Source of the DNA: an uncultured virus (IMG/VR IMGVR_UViG_3300020471_001437)
Taxonomy: Duplodnaviria; Heunggongvirae; Uroviricota; Caudoviricetes
Strand: one strand, 5' to 3'
Length of the DNA: 56,340 nt
IMG/VR virus record: IMGVR_UViG_3300020471_001437
Part shown: piece by piece, positions 56,220-56,340 of the stretch
How the letters are laid out: every line of letters starts with the position of its first letter
Position numbering within the stretch: the stretch's first letter is position 1
Notes under the pieces: model-generated
The model's database searches: none
Seen by the model: only the letters and a program-made list of their open reading frames with translations
What the model was told of the DNA's origin: nothing
Position numbers and translations under genes: made by a program

Positions 56220-56340
56220 TGCAATGGAAATTGCAATACCAAAAGTTCTCCAAAAGTTTGCGAAGAAACTTACCCATTATTCTCCGGACGCCGGGACCCA
56301 AGGCCTTTGGCCATCCCAAGGCGATTATAGACAGTGGATG

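Noticed and set aside
56112..56235. Five-residue matches VDVYT (thermosome) and AMEIA (Rpo1)
   Set aside because: Matches this short are expected by chance against all proteins in the window, so they are not counted as evidence.
56105..56340. Canonical CRISPR mini-array
   Set aside because: No direct repeats flank the matching fragments, and there are no cas1/cas2 or effector genes in the window.

Overview
This window is most or part of an archaeal dsDNA virus genome. The host is probably a marine euryarchaeon such as Poseidoniales/MGII, inferred from the group II chaperonin with a YDGTTS motif, PolB with GHTDS, tRNA-Arg(GCG), Rpo5 and GGAGG/GGTGA ribosome-binding sites. 0.5-25.5 kb: virion and morphogenesis genes, including a candidate capsid protein, many small membrane proteins, spike/fibre proteins, a thermosome and a small Ras/Arf-like GTPase. 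I recognise no HK97 capsid, portal, terminase or tail tube. 25.5-37.5 kb: replication and recombination genes (Cas4-like nuclease, two serine-recombinase-family genes around a tRNA, primase-type Zn domain, PolB). 37.7-44.7 kb, minus strand: a transcription operon with a single-chain RNA polymerase largest subunit (A'+A'' fused), RNase HI and Rpo5, but no second-largest subunit in the window. 45.3-56.3 kb: an RNA-rich accessory region. It has three palindrome+TATAAT promoters and about 20 covarying hairpin-A(C/T)AG elements at unit junctions, often directly before ATG. It also has three hairpins that display a Shine-Dalgarno sequence in the loop, and several large structured non-coding RNAs. 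Directly behind the last RNA, a stretch carries short synonymously diverged pieces of the virus's own structural genes, which is a candidate non-CRISPR guide or decoy system. All calls come from motif recognition by eye; no searches were run.
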